A DNA stretch of 64,000 nucleotides from Phoronis australis. Taxonomy: Eukaryota; Animalia; Phoronida. Below are positions 38,838-51,675 of this stretch, in pieces. The notes beneath the pieces are model-generated. The model saw only the letters and a program-made list of their open reading frames with translations, ran no database searches and was not told the DNA's origin. A program made the translations under genes and the position numbers. Location of the stretch: NCBI GenBank assembly GCA_002633005.1, contig NMRA01000289.1, positions 339,739 through 403,738 of the forward strand. The letters are read 5' to 3'. Position 1 is the stretch's first letter, and each line of letters starts with the position of its first letter.

Positions 38838-41430
38838 TAGTGTTGATCAGGTACTCTGTATTGTCTTGAATGCCAATAAGGTGTGTGATTGTGACCAAGT
38901 TTTAATGTGTCGTTGGCCCGAATTGAGCTATTTCACAATGCGGCAATGAAAATATTTATGTGTCAGTGACGCAGGGCGCGCTGCCATTATGATCCCTTTT
39001 CTTCTGAAGACATAAGGGAAGTAAGGATACCATCAAATGTCACATTGTTAGGACACAATATGATGGAAATGTTAAATGTTATTTTCTCATTTTCTAACCT
39101 ATAACAAGTATGAATACAGTCATGCTTTACCATTTTCAAGCCATGTACCATAGCTACTATTTGATAAGATTTTGAAAAATTGTGGAAGACCTCTTTTGAA
39201 AAATGAAAGAAGAATAATTTTGGCATTTTTGTACAATTTGTGAGATTTTATCGTATTTTGTTTGCGCCTTCATTTTTGTCTAATTTTGTGAGATTTTATG
39301 GTATTTTGTGTGTGCTTTCTGAGGTCTAATAATCTGAAACTAAGCTTCAATTCTAATGTTGAATTATTTCTTTTGTACGTATTTTCGGAAGATGTAATAA
39401 TCTGCAACCAAGCCTCATTTCTCATGATACTGTAGCAGAATCAACTTATTCAGAGACTAAAATGTTGTGAGTTTGTACGTTTTGGACTGCTCTCTACAAC
39501 GACCAGTGATGACGGGACGTCCAGATTTCCCGCTGTTCTATTTTTTAGAAGTAGTTTGACGTCGTAGGTAGATCGGCGGAAGGTGCAATCCTTGATCTTG
39601 ATTCATGGCAGGCTTGTTAGTCTTGATATATATATATATATGGATTCCTTAATCTTCATTGAGAACCAGTTCTCCTCTTTAGCCAAGATCTTGGCATTTC
39701 TTGTGTTGAATTATGTCTTCTTGTTAACAAGGCTGGCCACTGAGTTCCACTATAATTGTAGTTGTAAGCCAAGCTTGTGACTTGGAAGTTTCATTGTGAA
39801 ATATTTAGCCTGTTGTGTTTGTTATTTGCAACAAAAATGCTATTCTCCTTTAGGATTTTCAGTTGTTTTTCTAAGCATTCATTTTTTGTTGAAAACTCAA
39901 TCTACAATCTTCTATTAATCACAGTGATGTACATTGTTGGAAAAAAACAACCACAAAACATTCTGTGTTTGTTGACTTACACCCAGGAGCTTCAATATTA
40001 CGAACTGTTGAAACGAATGACTGGCTATTCATTCAATGAAGCAAGTCCTGAATGAGTAGTTATTGATTGTGTAAAACAATTGTGACTTCAAGCTTCTCTC
40101 AGGTTATTTGGTGCATTCTTTGTGCATCAGGATTCTCAGTTATTTTTTAATAACTGAACCGTAATTACGCCATTGTTTCGTTGCTTTTCCTTGCGTCTGT
40201 TCTGTTTCCACTGAGTAAGCCCTGTAGTGGGCTTTGTGACATCTCACACAGCCACTAGGCATAAGAGTGGTCAGCAATTAGTACCTAACTAGTGGAAAGG
40301 ATTTGTGAAAAGAATACAGGCTTTCAAGTTATGATGCCATGTGAGTTGATGTTATCTCATGACAGTTGCACAAAAACATGCTTTTTGAAAGTTTCAATGA
40401 GCTTGTTTTGAATTGATTGGCATACGATGTTTTCTCCTTGAAGAAAACTTTTTTAGAAGAGAAATAAATGTGCTAAGCAAAAGCTGTATGACGTTCAATG
40501 ATGTTTTTTGTTTTTGAAAACCGAGCTATTGTGTTTTAAAACTGTTGAAGCCTAGAAGTTGTGTTTATTTTCAAAAAAGACATTACTTCGAACGACCAGT
40601 TCTTAACACAACCATTTTTATTAGGTAACTTTTATTACCTGTGCAATAATGAATCATGAGGAGAGGTTCACCTGCCTTTCAATAGGTCGTACTATTCTGA
40701 GCATTGGGCAACAGGTTGTTGATGAAGCTGTAAAAAGCCATTGAATAAGATAGCAGCTTTTAGCTGCGAGCATTTTGTTGCTATTGTTGAGTATTTCGGT
40801 CAGTATTTGGCTGCCTGTCACCCCGACTGGTTGTTTTCATAGGGCTGTTGTGTTTGTGAAGTTAAGAAAAATACAGGTATGGCACTTTCTAGCCGAATCA
40901 AATGTGCATGTTTATCCAGTTTGTTGTTTTTTGACAGACGGAAAGGATTTGTTGTTTAGAGTTATTCTCCGTTGACCTGATTGGTGCCTGTCTGAGACAG
41001 CGGAGCAGTGATTTTATTATTTTGGACGTCTCGGATCTAATGTATCTATTCAGTTATGAAATTCTAGTTGCTTTTTAACTCACCGTTGTTTGTTTGTCTG
41101 TTATTTATGGTCTGCTGATTCGGTGTATATTTAATCGTTCCAAGGAGTTGGTAGTCTTTCTGAATCAGGTAAAATGACCCATTTTCTCTTTGTGTTATAC
41201 TTTTTATCAACATTACTCAATGCTGCTTTTGAGTTGATGTTTTTTTGTTTTCCAAGTTACTTTGACATGAAAAAAAATCCCAGCTGATAATATTTCGATG
41301 TATTTTTTTGAAAATTGGTATGACATGAAAAAAGTTCCCTGCTGTAATCTACTGTTTGATTGAAGGGAAATTCACTATACTCCACAATAACACTAGGCTC
41401 ACTTCAAGCTATGTACTTCTTCTTGGTTTA

Positions 41431-41830
41431 AAAGCTCTTTCATACTAGCATCAACAAGTCAATGTTTTGGGGAGTTATGGTCAGTATGAACGGTTAACTT
41501 CAGTCCTGGAGCGAAGTTAACTTCGCAGTAAATAGATGTATTTAACAGTGGAGTTTTCAACTTCAGTCTCATGAGAGTTATCGCCAGGTGAACAGTTATC
41601 AACAACAATTTAAGGGCAGTGATTGTTCTCAGATTGTCACTGTATTAAAAAATCTTAGCGTGCACTGGATGCATCAGTGCCACCTTGCGATTATTTCGAT
41701 AACGACAGAGTCACCTACCGTTTACTTTGATGCCGTTAACTATCGAATTTGGTATGATTGATTCATCTGACTTCGCAGTTTACGTCGATTCTTCACTCAT
41801 ACCGGAGTTAAGTTGGTATGAAAGGGCCTT
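41431..41830 (+). mobile_element. PIF/Harbinger-like MITE, second copy
   Basis: GCTCTTTCATACTAG ... TTGGTATGAAAGGGCC; internal similarity to 38362-38837. Confidence 0.7.
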
Positions 41831-44800
41831 ATATGACCTACTCTCCAAGAGCGCAGTATTTCACTACATACCAAGTCTGGTAGGGCATCTGCTATTTTTA
41901 TTTCCTGTCGTCACTTAAATCTCGGTTTCAATTTTAAGCGGAATCATTTTTTACAGCTCAGTGTTGTTTTGGTTTTGTTTTCAAAGGCAAGTGCTTTCCT
42001 GGTGACAATGATGTCGTTTTTGTTATCAATAGATCTTCAATTGATAACAAAATGGTTAAATGGGCATTCCTTGTGTGTACTTGGCGGCACCATATCAATG
42101 CGCTGTTATTGGATACTTAGGACATAGTTAGGGTTAGCAATGGGGCCGCATACTCACATGTGACCCAGGTAAGTGTTAAGGTGTAGACGTGCCTAGTTCT
42201 TTTGATTCTGAAAAAAATGACAAGTAACGACACTTTGTTTCCAGATTATTTGTTGGAAAAACATCATGAGCATGTAATAATTTTATGTAACATTCTAGAA
42301 ACGTCAAAACACTGTCATCAAGTTTGCTGTTGGAAAAAATAAAGTGCTAATATTACATCAGAATGTGGATCAAAATGTTGGAATCGTGCTGGTCACAGGT
42401 ACCGTAAAATCCTACTGATTTTGAAGAAAAATATGTGCCAAAATTGGTCTTTTTTCATTTATCAAGCACAAAACATTGTTGCGAATGTGCAAAGTTTCTC
42501 AAAACATTGTCCAGTTGTAGCTAAGGTATACAAGTTAAAACTAGTTAACCCTTTCTGTTGTGCTACCTATCTTTTTATAAAAAAATGAAAAATTAAATTT
42601 CTGTTGTCTGTCATATCGTGTCCTGAATTGGTGAGATTTTGCCGATCATGTTTGACGAGAAATGTTTCGGTCAAGGAAAGTGTCACTTACCGGATAGTTA
42701 TGTTTTCAATGATATTTTATAGTGATATTTGTATTTTGCACCTGACGGTGACATGTTGTACAAATAGTTGTTGTGTACTTCTCAACAGTTTAATTATATT
42801 GCAGTATCCTTGAGGTAGTGTAGTCTCCTATTGTTTGGTATTGAGTTGTTTTTAGCAGAATTGCATTGAAGTTGCAACAGTGTTCAAATCACACCCAACG
42901 TCATAGAGGACAGTCTCACGAACAGCCAAGTTTAATCAAGTTTTCTACCGTACTATTGTAGGTCACTAGAGTTGGCTACAGGCATCTGATTATTAGATTT
43001 GAAGAGCCTCTGGGTAAATAAGTATTAGTTATAAGTTGCATGTCCCTGACTGTGTCACTTTTTTAATTTCAAGTGCAAAATGTTGTTAATAAGTCAACAG
43101 TAAGATTATTGGGGACCAATGTCTTTCTGGTTCCAATGTTGTCATATTACACAGATGGGCCATTGGGGTTCGTGGATGGTAGGGGCGACTTAATATTCTG
43201 GAGATCAGGTGCTGAAAAGTTAGGGTCTCATTTTTGACGTCTGAATAGATTGAGAGCAGAAAGTAGTTTATTAGCATGGAAGCGTTCGTATGATGCGAGA
43301 CCCGTGTGATTTACCTGATTGTATGTGGGATGAGGTCCCTTACTTCAGCTGCAGCACTTAGTAAGTTTCGAGTTACACATTGGGCCATTAAACTGGTGTA
43401 TCTTGCAATATCTCTTTCATTTTTCATCATGCAAGGTAGTGTTGACAGGTTGACTAATCACAAATTTCTGGTCAACTGAACTAATTCTCAGGTTATCCTT
43501 CCGCTTTTTCAGTTCAGTTAATTGGCCAATCAAGTCTAGTTATTTCTGATTGCCTGAAATAGTGCATGAGAGCAATGCCCATTGATTGCACTTTCAATCC
43601 GCCTCCTAATCATTACATGCACGCATAATCTTCATTGATGGCTTTTCAATTTCATTAGCCCCATGGATACTCTGGCTAATCTTCAATGCTCAAATCAATA
43701 CTATCAGACAAGATTTCAAATTAGAAATCCATGTCATGGTGTCGTCCATTTTGCTTAGCAGAGCGCACCCAACATTTTTTCTTCTTAACAAAAAGCGAAC
43801 TTGTTTATTGAAATCTTATTTTTTGTTTCATGTAAGACACTCTGCTTATGGGAAGGCTTTTTCAACTCAGAATACAGTGTGGTAGAAAAGCGTCAATTAT
43901 ACAAATGTGAAATTCATGCAATATGTTGTTATGGATGCAAAAGAAGAAATCTGTCAACATAAAAACATTGTACGGTAAAACTTTTCCAATTTGTGACATC
44001 TCTAGAATTTGTGAAACTGGACCATTGAATTTCCCCAGTTCAGAAGATTGGGACAAGGGTAATTTTGGTGTTCATCATGTTTTTCAAATACTGGACAGCA
44101 CCACACCTCAGCCAAAACATCCTCCTGCTTAGCGTTAGTATGAAAGACCCTTTAGTTAGTGCATTTCTGAAACACATATTCAAGACTGTAATGCACTCAT
44201 GTGATATTTGTAGTCTTCCCTTGTTCAGTATTGTACAAAAAATGTTAGCACATGCATTATGAATAGGAACCTTTATACTCTTGAGTTGGAACAGATCTCT
44301 ATCTTGTGTCAGTCATGACATGTCTGGTAAAGTAACTTATGCAGACTTGAAAAGGATGGACACATAGTTTTGTAATAGGGATGAGCATTCAACATAACTC
44401 TTTAGAGTTGTGAGAACATGAAAGCATCTTTCTCTTGGCTGGGTTGCAAGATCGACAGCGTTGACAGTGTTGAAATACAAGTTTGTTCATTCATGGACAT
44501 TTTCAGACATTGGACCTTTTGTATGAATCCTTCCATGGATTATTCCACAGCATGACAATGGCATTTTGTGAGAAAGAATTTATTAGAAATGCTGGGAAAT
44601 CTCACTGTTGTAAATCCCCATACAAGAGTGCTGAATGTTGAATAACAACATAATCCAACATTTTGCCAAATGACATTCAAAATTGCCCTTTAGAATGTCA
44701 AAATGTCACCTACAAAAAGATTATGCTAAGGTTAGAAAAGTGTTTGGTGAACAGAATTTCAGAGCCAGCACTGCATCATCCCATGACGACCATTCAGGAA

Positions 44801-45469
44801 GAGTAGCCTCAGTGACTGCTACACAGACAAACCAAGACTTTGGAACATTTCACTCCAATGATTGTTCAACTGATATAGCTGTCATGAGATGAGTTGTGCA
44901 CTTGCAAGCTGCCATGTGTTGCAATTTACGAGGGTACCCTTGTGCTTTTGAGCCCAGCTGGGGATCAAAACTCCCAGTAACTGAGTCATAGTATATTGTT
45001 AGCCAATTATAACTTTGATGTTGTCTCTGATGTAGGGAGTCAATCTACATAATGCCTTATGTGGAAAAAAATAGGTCATTCGACCAATTTCACGAAAACG
45101 TGCCATGTCTGTGTGGAACTTAGTTGGCACTGACTAAAACAAAACTGGCAATTGGTTCTCAAAACTGATGAAAGACCGATTCTTTATGAATTGATGGCAA
45201 ATAATGAAAGTTAGTTACTGAACAAAGTTTGCAGATTTTTCGAGCACTGCTCAATGTATTCTTTTACAAGTATTATAAGTATGCATCGCTTGGCAAAGCA
45301 GGGGATTTCAAATCTTTGCACATGATTACATGGCATTGTGAAGCGTTTCAAAAAAACATGTTACCTCGGTTGAAATTGATGCGGATGGTCACTTTTTCAT
45401 GTTTTTCACTCACGGTGCATGGGCACAGGTCTCAGAACGAGTCACGGTACAGACCAGAACCAAGTGTGC

Positions 45470-45507
45470 TTTTTATGCGCCCACATATTTATATGTGGAC
45501 GCATTAT
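45470..45507 (+). repeat. Solo HINE palindromic terminus
   Basis: TTTTTATGCGCCCACATATTTATATGTGGACGCATTAT. Confidence 0.85.
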
Positions 45508-48500
45508 TTGACCTGGCATTCCTTTTTTCGTTTTTGTCTATGACACACCTGTGTACTTGCGCATGTGGTAGCTGGTTGAAGGTACACTATGAATCAGTTA
45601 TGAACAGTCCTATTCACTCATCCTGATGATGCAGCTGTACATAATTCAAATACTGAAATGGAAGTTTTGGGGTTATGTGGTCACGTGATCTCCCATTGCT
45701 GCTGACATCCAAATAGGCCCAACACACCTGACTGTTAACCACAAGTGGATAGACCTTGTTGGAACTGGGCAGGTTTTATTGTCACCTTATCAACTCTTGG
45801 CATGAGTGCTATGGATAGTCAGTGCACTGGCTGACACTTGTCACTACTATATAACCCATGTCTACCATGGCCAGTTAAATCACCCTTCCTTGTGTTGCTG
45901 TTTACTTTATAAACCACCTCTATTCAAATTCAATGTTGGGTTCAATTCTTAGCATAAATTGAATTTCTTTTGCATAGCTAATTGATTGAGTAAGCATGTC
46001 AACAGGTTATGTAAGTGATGTGGTGTTAATAAAATGGAGACCACTGATGTTTTGCCGACTACTTTGTCTGTTGGATGTTTATTCACTTTTCATGTTTCCT
46101 GATTTATGCTGCTTTATGTTGCAACCCTGAATGCACTGAGATATGGAGATGCACTCTGATTCTGAATCCATTCACCATTCAAGGCTTTAGAAAACTTGAG
46201 TAATTTCCAGCCCCTCACTATTGAACTCTGATACTCATGCATTTTGTTTGAGCATACAATAGGCTGTATTATTGGTATGGGTCAGATAATTGCCTGAACA
46301 CTATGCTGTCAAAGCAATAATATTATTGTTTACTCCATTTCCTTTGTTCCTAGACTCCTCAACGTTACACCTTTCCTAATTTTTAATACCATATCAATTA
46401 TAGACTGAGAACTAAGTAAACTTTAGCGTGAAGATGTAATGATACGGTTTAATGTTCTTCATTCATGCTGGATTCACTGGTGGGGGTATAACTGACCTAA
46501 GAAGCGCTGGAAATGGTTGACTGGTTCAAAGTATCTCACTGTTGCTTTGTGGTAGCCTGACTGTGGCAGGTTGTGGAATCAGTCTTCTGGTCCTTGAAGA
46601 AAGCATGTGTAAGTCTTATGCTTGTACGGTAATTTAGTTGAAGCGTAATTAAACTATTTGTAAAGTTCTTAACCGTTCAAATTGAAAAACAGTGAATAAC
46701 TTGCACAGTTGACATTACATATGAAGTCAAAAGTACTTCCTGAACTGCTCAGATGTGTAGCACACTTAGGGTTGTGGTCACACACTGAAAAGAGTTTTGT
46801 TTACTTGGATGGGTTTGTGCCTGTAATAAATATTTGTATTAAAACCCATGGCTACACCAGTGGTCTAACTGTTCTTGTTGGTGAGATGTTTTTAGGACAA
46901 CTTGTGAAAACGTGTGATTTCAATGTTAGGCTCTCGGTCATTCGAAAATTTTCAGTGTTAGGATCTCAGTCATTTGTCTGACAGTCTGTCACAGAACTTG
47001 GCTGCCATAAGGTGAATAGGTGTCCCTTCTGCATGTTTCTCTTGTCGAACTATGCAAATTATCTTTAAAATTACCTACTCTACATCACAACATTTAGCCT
47101 ACAGCATTTTTGGAAATGTCAATTCTGCTAAGATGAAATAGTGTCAATGTTCCATATTGTTGATTTATTGAATTACCAATTTGTGTGTTGACAGCAAGTG
47201 TGAGGCTTTCATTTACTCTGGTATTTGTCTGCATGTAACCTCATTAGCAGTTGCAATTGTTTTCCAAGTTTTCATCAAGGGTTTACCTTGTCACTCTCCT
47301 GTTCGGTGATGAATTTCCTTACTATTGTGCATTGGTGACCCTGAAATAGAAAATCCATTTCTCTTACTTGTTGTTAGGTAATCATGATTGTTCTATGCTG
47401 ATCTTGCTGTAGTCCCAGCTGACAAGACTTATGGATTGGTATTGTTGTTCAGAGGTCTGGTCATGTCTGTGTCATATTGACTCAATCCCTTTAATGTACC
47501 AGCTAATTTGACATGTACATATCCACTGTGATAGACATCAATAAGATTAGTTTACTCCAGTGTGGGCTTAACGAGCACCAGTGGTGGATCTAGGATGTCC
47601 CAACAGAAAGGAGGACTCACCATGATGTCCTGCTGTGAATCGATATGTTGGTTGCATTTTGCATCATGCTTATAGGGGTCTGGGCTTCTTCTTTTTTCCC
47701 AAATATCTAAATACACGCCCCTTCTGCCTCACCCCTCAAAATCCACCTATGCCATGGGTAGATTGCCATCATATATATTCAACATTTGTACATGGGCAAC
47801 TATAGTCAAATGGGATAGTTTCACAAATAGTTCAACACCAAAAACTAAACTTATATTCTCTAATGAAGCTAAACAAAAATCATGCGCTTGGAGCGCTTCT
47901 TCTCGTGACGTAGTTGGTGGGGTTAAGTCAGTGTACTACTTTAGCGTGCAGTCAAGTGGCATTCTTCAAACTGTCAAAATAAGAAATTTTAGTGTGAAAT
48001 GTGGGGTCACCAGGGATACCTGTTTGAGCCGAGGCAACAAAAAGTGATACCCAGTCGTCGTCAACGTCAGACGAAAATTTGCTGGTGCAACCAATCCCTA
48101 TTAACAATACGCTGGTGTGACTGTGGGCAATGGACTGTACATAGGCAGCCAGCCACCTGTCAGCCAATACTCAGCTCTGTAAATTTGAAAGGTTGGTTAG
48201 TTACCAACTATAGCTGTATGAAGACTATCCTACCTTTGTGTGGTAAGCTTTGCTAGACCCTGAAATTTCACACAGTCCATTGACTACCTGGGTATAATTA
48301 ATTTATGCTTGTCACCTCATTGTAAAACTTACAGCAACATGGCTAACGCCTGACTGGTGGGGTTGCATGCTAAATCTGGTTGTCAACCGACATTTTATTC
48401 GTTGAAGCTGTTTAAGTGGAAAACAATCAAATAAATGTCATTTTCTAGCATAATTCGCCGCCTTTTGTAACAACGTAGAATAATGTAAAAATATTGAGCA

Positions 48501-49001
48501 AAAATTCCTTTTGGAAGCTAAGAAACTGTCCATTGCGTAGAAACTGTGCAGCCGTTTCGTCCATATCTGCAGACTTGATTCACCACTGGGTGTGCCCTCT
48601 GATGTAGAATAAAACAATAAAAACAGTACCGGGTATTCGCTAATGTCGGTGGAATCCCGTAGCAAATCTCAATACACTGCAGGTAGATCAAGTCCCGGAT
48701 TTTGTGACATCTTTCGGGAGATGACGACAGCTTCGCAGGAGCGAGGTTTGTTCTAAAATTTGGTTGGCTGGTGTTAGAATACTGAAAAACTTGTATCGAA
48801 ATGAAACAAGTTTCAATAATTTGTTGTGACAACCTTGTGCCGACAGTGAAGAACATTTGATTAAAGAATTGGGAGAATAAGAAATTGGTAAAGTTTAGGT
48901 GAGGTCAATCGCCAAAGCCGACTCAAGAGAACACATCAAAATTTTAGGAGCAGCCGATTAACCACCGCGGTAAATAAGTTAGTTTAGGCCTACTCAAGGA
49001 A

Positions 49002-50801
49002 CCCGGGTGAGAATTTTACACGTTTGAAACGCTTTTGAGCGTGTCAAACGTGTCAGACGTGTAAAAAAACGTGTAANTTTTGAGCGTGTCAAACGTGTCA
49101 GACGTGTAAAAAACGTGTAATACGTGTCAAAATTGCCACGTTAACGTGTAAAACGTGTAAAAACATGACACGCTAGCGTGTCAAACGTGTAAAATTTGCC
49201 ACGTTAGCGTGTCAAACGTGTAAAATTTGCCACGTTAGCGTGTCAAACGTGTAAAATTTGCCACGTTAGCGTGTCAAACGTGTAAAATTTGACACGCTAT
49301 GGTGTCAAGCGTGTAAAATTTTGACACGCTAGCGTGTCAAACGTGTAAAATATGATAGAACTCTTCAATAAAGATACAATTTAAATAGGCTTGGCAGTTC
49401 TGAAAAGGACACTGGGAGGTAATCACCCAATTTGAATGATTAAACATGTTCCGTCAATAACATCAAAGAGTTTGCAATAAAAGTTTTCACTGCCTATTGA
49501 AATATCCAAATACTGAGTTAGAGTTGGTTTAGCTGTCAGAGAGTGCAGTCCTCTCAGGAGAGCACTTATGAAGTATGGTTTTCGAGTGTGGTGCAGCTCT
49601 AACAGAAGTTTAGTATGTATATACTCTGGTTGACAGTGGCTTGATAAACTTTTCTTGCAAATGATCATTTTTTACAGGTAAGTTTGATTGTAACAGAAAA
49701 CAAGTGTCAGTAGAAACTGTTGACTACGCAGTTAATATATGAAGTTGGAACGCCTCTCATCTTCAGTAGTATTTCAATTCATAATATTGTTGTTATTGGA
49801 TCAACTCACATTTTGTGTCAGCTTGAATGAGGATAAGACATTGTGTTTAGAGGTTTGGGCTGCAAAATCAACATAAACTCAATGTTATGACAAATGTTGA
49901 ATCACTCTTGGTAATTCAAAGATGTTACAAAGTGCGTCTGTTCTTTACTTCATAAACTGTTTTCAAGCAACTGGCCTGACTCAAAAGCTTAGACTTATAT
50001 GCATATATATATATAGCAGCTTAAGCACTTCAAATTTGTATGTTGAACCATTTTCTTATAAATGTTATTCTAGATGAAATGAAATTTAGTGACAACAGTA
50101 TGTGGTAAGAGTTGGATAGTTACATTATCATTTTAATGATTCTATATCATTATCACATTTTGGATTATTTACATCAACAGTAACAATAAACTGTGACTTA
50201 AAGAAGAAATCCCTTTATACATTTGCTTTCAGTATGGATTCCCATGGTGGATGGTGAACTGCTATAAACAAGAACATTATGGCTTGTACACGGCCTCAGG
50301 CTAAATGAAGGGTCGCTACCATGGCAATGACACAGATTACAGGCTAGCGTGTCAAAAGCGCCACGTTTGACACGCTAGGGTGTCNCCCATGGTGGATGGT
50401 GAGCTGCTATAAACAAGAACATTATGGCTTGTACACGGCCTCAGGCTAAATGTAGGGTCGCTGCCATAGCAATGGCACAGATTACAGGCTAGCGTGTCAA
50501 AAGCGCCACGTTTGACACGCTAGCGTGTCAAAAGTGCCACGCTTTTGCCACGTTTTGGTACGCCACGTTCAACACGCTATCGCCACGTTTTACACGCTTA
50601 TCGCCACGTTTGACACGCTAAGCGTGTCAAACGTGGAGTATTGGAACGAAAATTACACGTTTTTGACCCGTTCTTGACACGTTTGACACGCTACATTTTA
50701 CACGTTTGACACGCCACGTTTTACACGTTCGACACGTTTTTAGGGCGTTCCAATACTCCACGTTTTTAGAGCGTGTCAAACGTGTCAAATTCTCACCCGG
50801 G
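49002..50801 (+). mobile_element. Same CCCGGG-ended element, copy 2
   Basis: Perfect CCCGGGTGAGAA..TTCTCACCCGGG TIR; ~1-kb core near-identical to 17430-18420; small assembly overlaps at N49077 and N50385. Confidence 0.85.
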
Positions 50802-51461
50802 TAGCTCAGTTCCCCCCGCGACGGCCCACTGTCAAAGATGGTTATATGCGGGCCATGTGGAGACGATTTCTCGCTTACTCACACTGGTCATCGCTCAGAT
50901 TCCCTTAGCCCCAGCATTGCAATGGCTATTCAGCTCGCCCTTAATTGCCATGCGGTAGATCCCCCTCCCCGTGAAATGAATTTTTCTAAGCGTTTATTAG
51001 AGCCAATACAGTATACAGCTTTCCAACAAGGCTAGGTGATGCTACGACATTAACCTTTGTTGCATTAGTAACTGGTCTTGGCTAATTATCATTTTATGGC
51101 CTGGGCCCGGTCTCCAATCTCCGTATGACTCAGACTCGAATCATTGCTCAAACTCACACTTTATACTCAACTCGAGTACAGACTCAGCTTTGGTGTATTC
51201 AATGTCATATTCGAAAAATCTGTACTCGAAATTTCGAGCACGTACTCAGTTTTCGAGTGTACTCGAACTGAAGTGTATCTCATCTATATTTCGAGTACAA
51301 TTTTGAGTAAAAATTCGGAGTCTATGCTCAAATTTCAAGTTTGCTATGGCAGTGTGCTTGAAATCGTACTACGAGCCAGAGAACAATCGAAAGGGAACCA
51401 AGAAACACAGCAAATCTAAAAAAATAAATCCTCTTACCGTATCTCAGCCCACTTCAATGAA

Positions 51462-51675
51462 GCAGCCGGAGGCAGCGCAGGCAGGCTCCCACGTAGCACT
51501 TGGGCGGGCCTCAGCCAAGCAGCAGGAGACAGCGCAGACAGGCTCCGACGTAGCGCACTTGGGCGGGCTTCAGCCAAGCAGCCCGGAGGCAGCGCAGGCA
51601 GGCTCCGACGTAGCACTTGGGCGGGCCTCAGCCAAGCAGCCGGAGGCAGCGCAGGCAGGCTCCGACGTAGCACTT
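51462..51675 (+). repeat. GC-rich 57-bp minisatellite running into a gap, possibly inside a TACCGTA..TACGGTA (pogo/Tigger-like) element 51435-52330
   Basis: Unit GCAGCCGGAGGCAGCGCAGGCAGGCTCCGACGTAGCACTTGGGCGGGCCTCAGCCAA, about 4 copies visible; TACCGTA at 51435 and TACGGTA at 52324. Confidence 0.8.

Noticed and set aside
44400-44800. LGNLTVVN resembling a transposase C-terminal motif
   Set aside because: Single weak motif among many stops.
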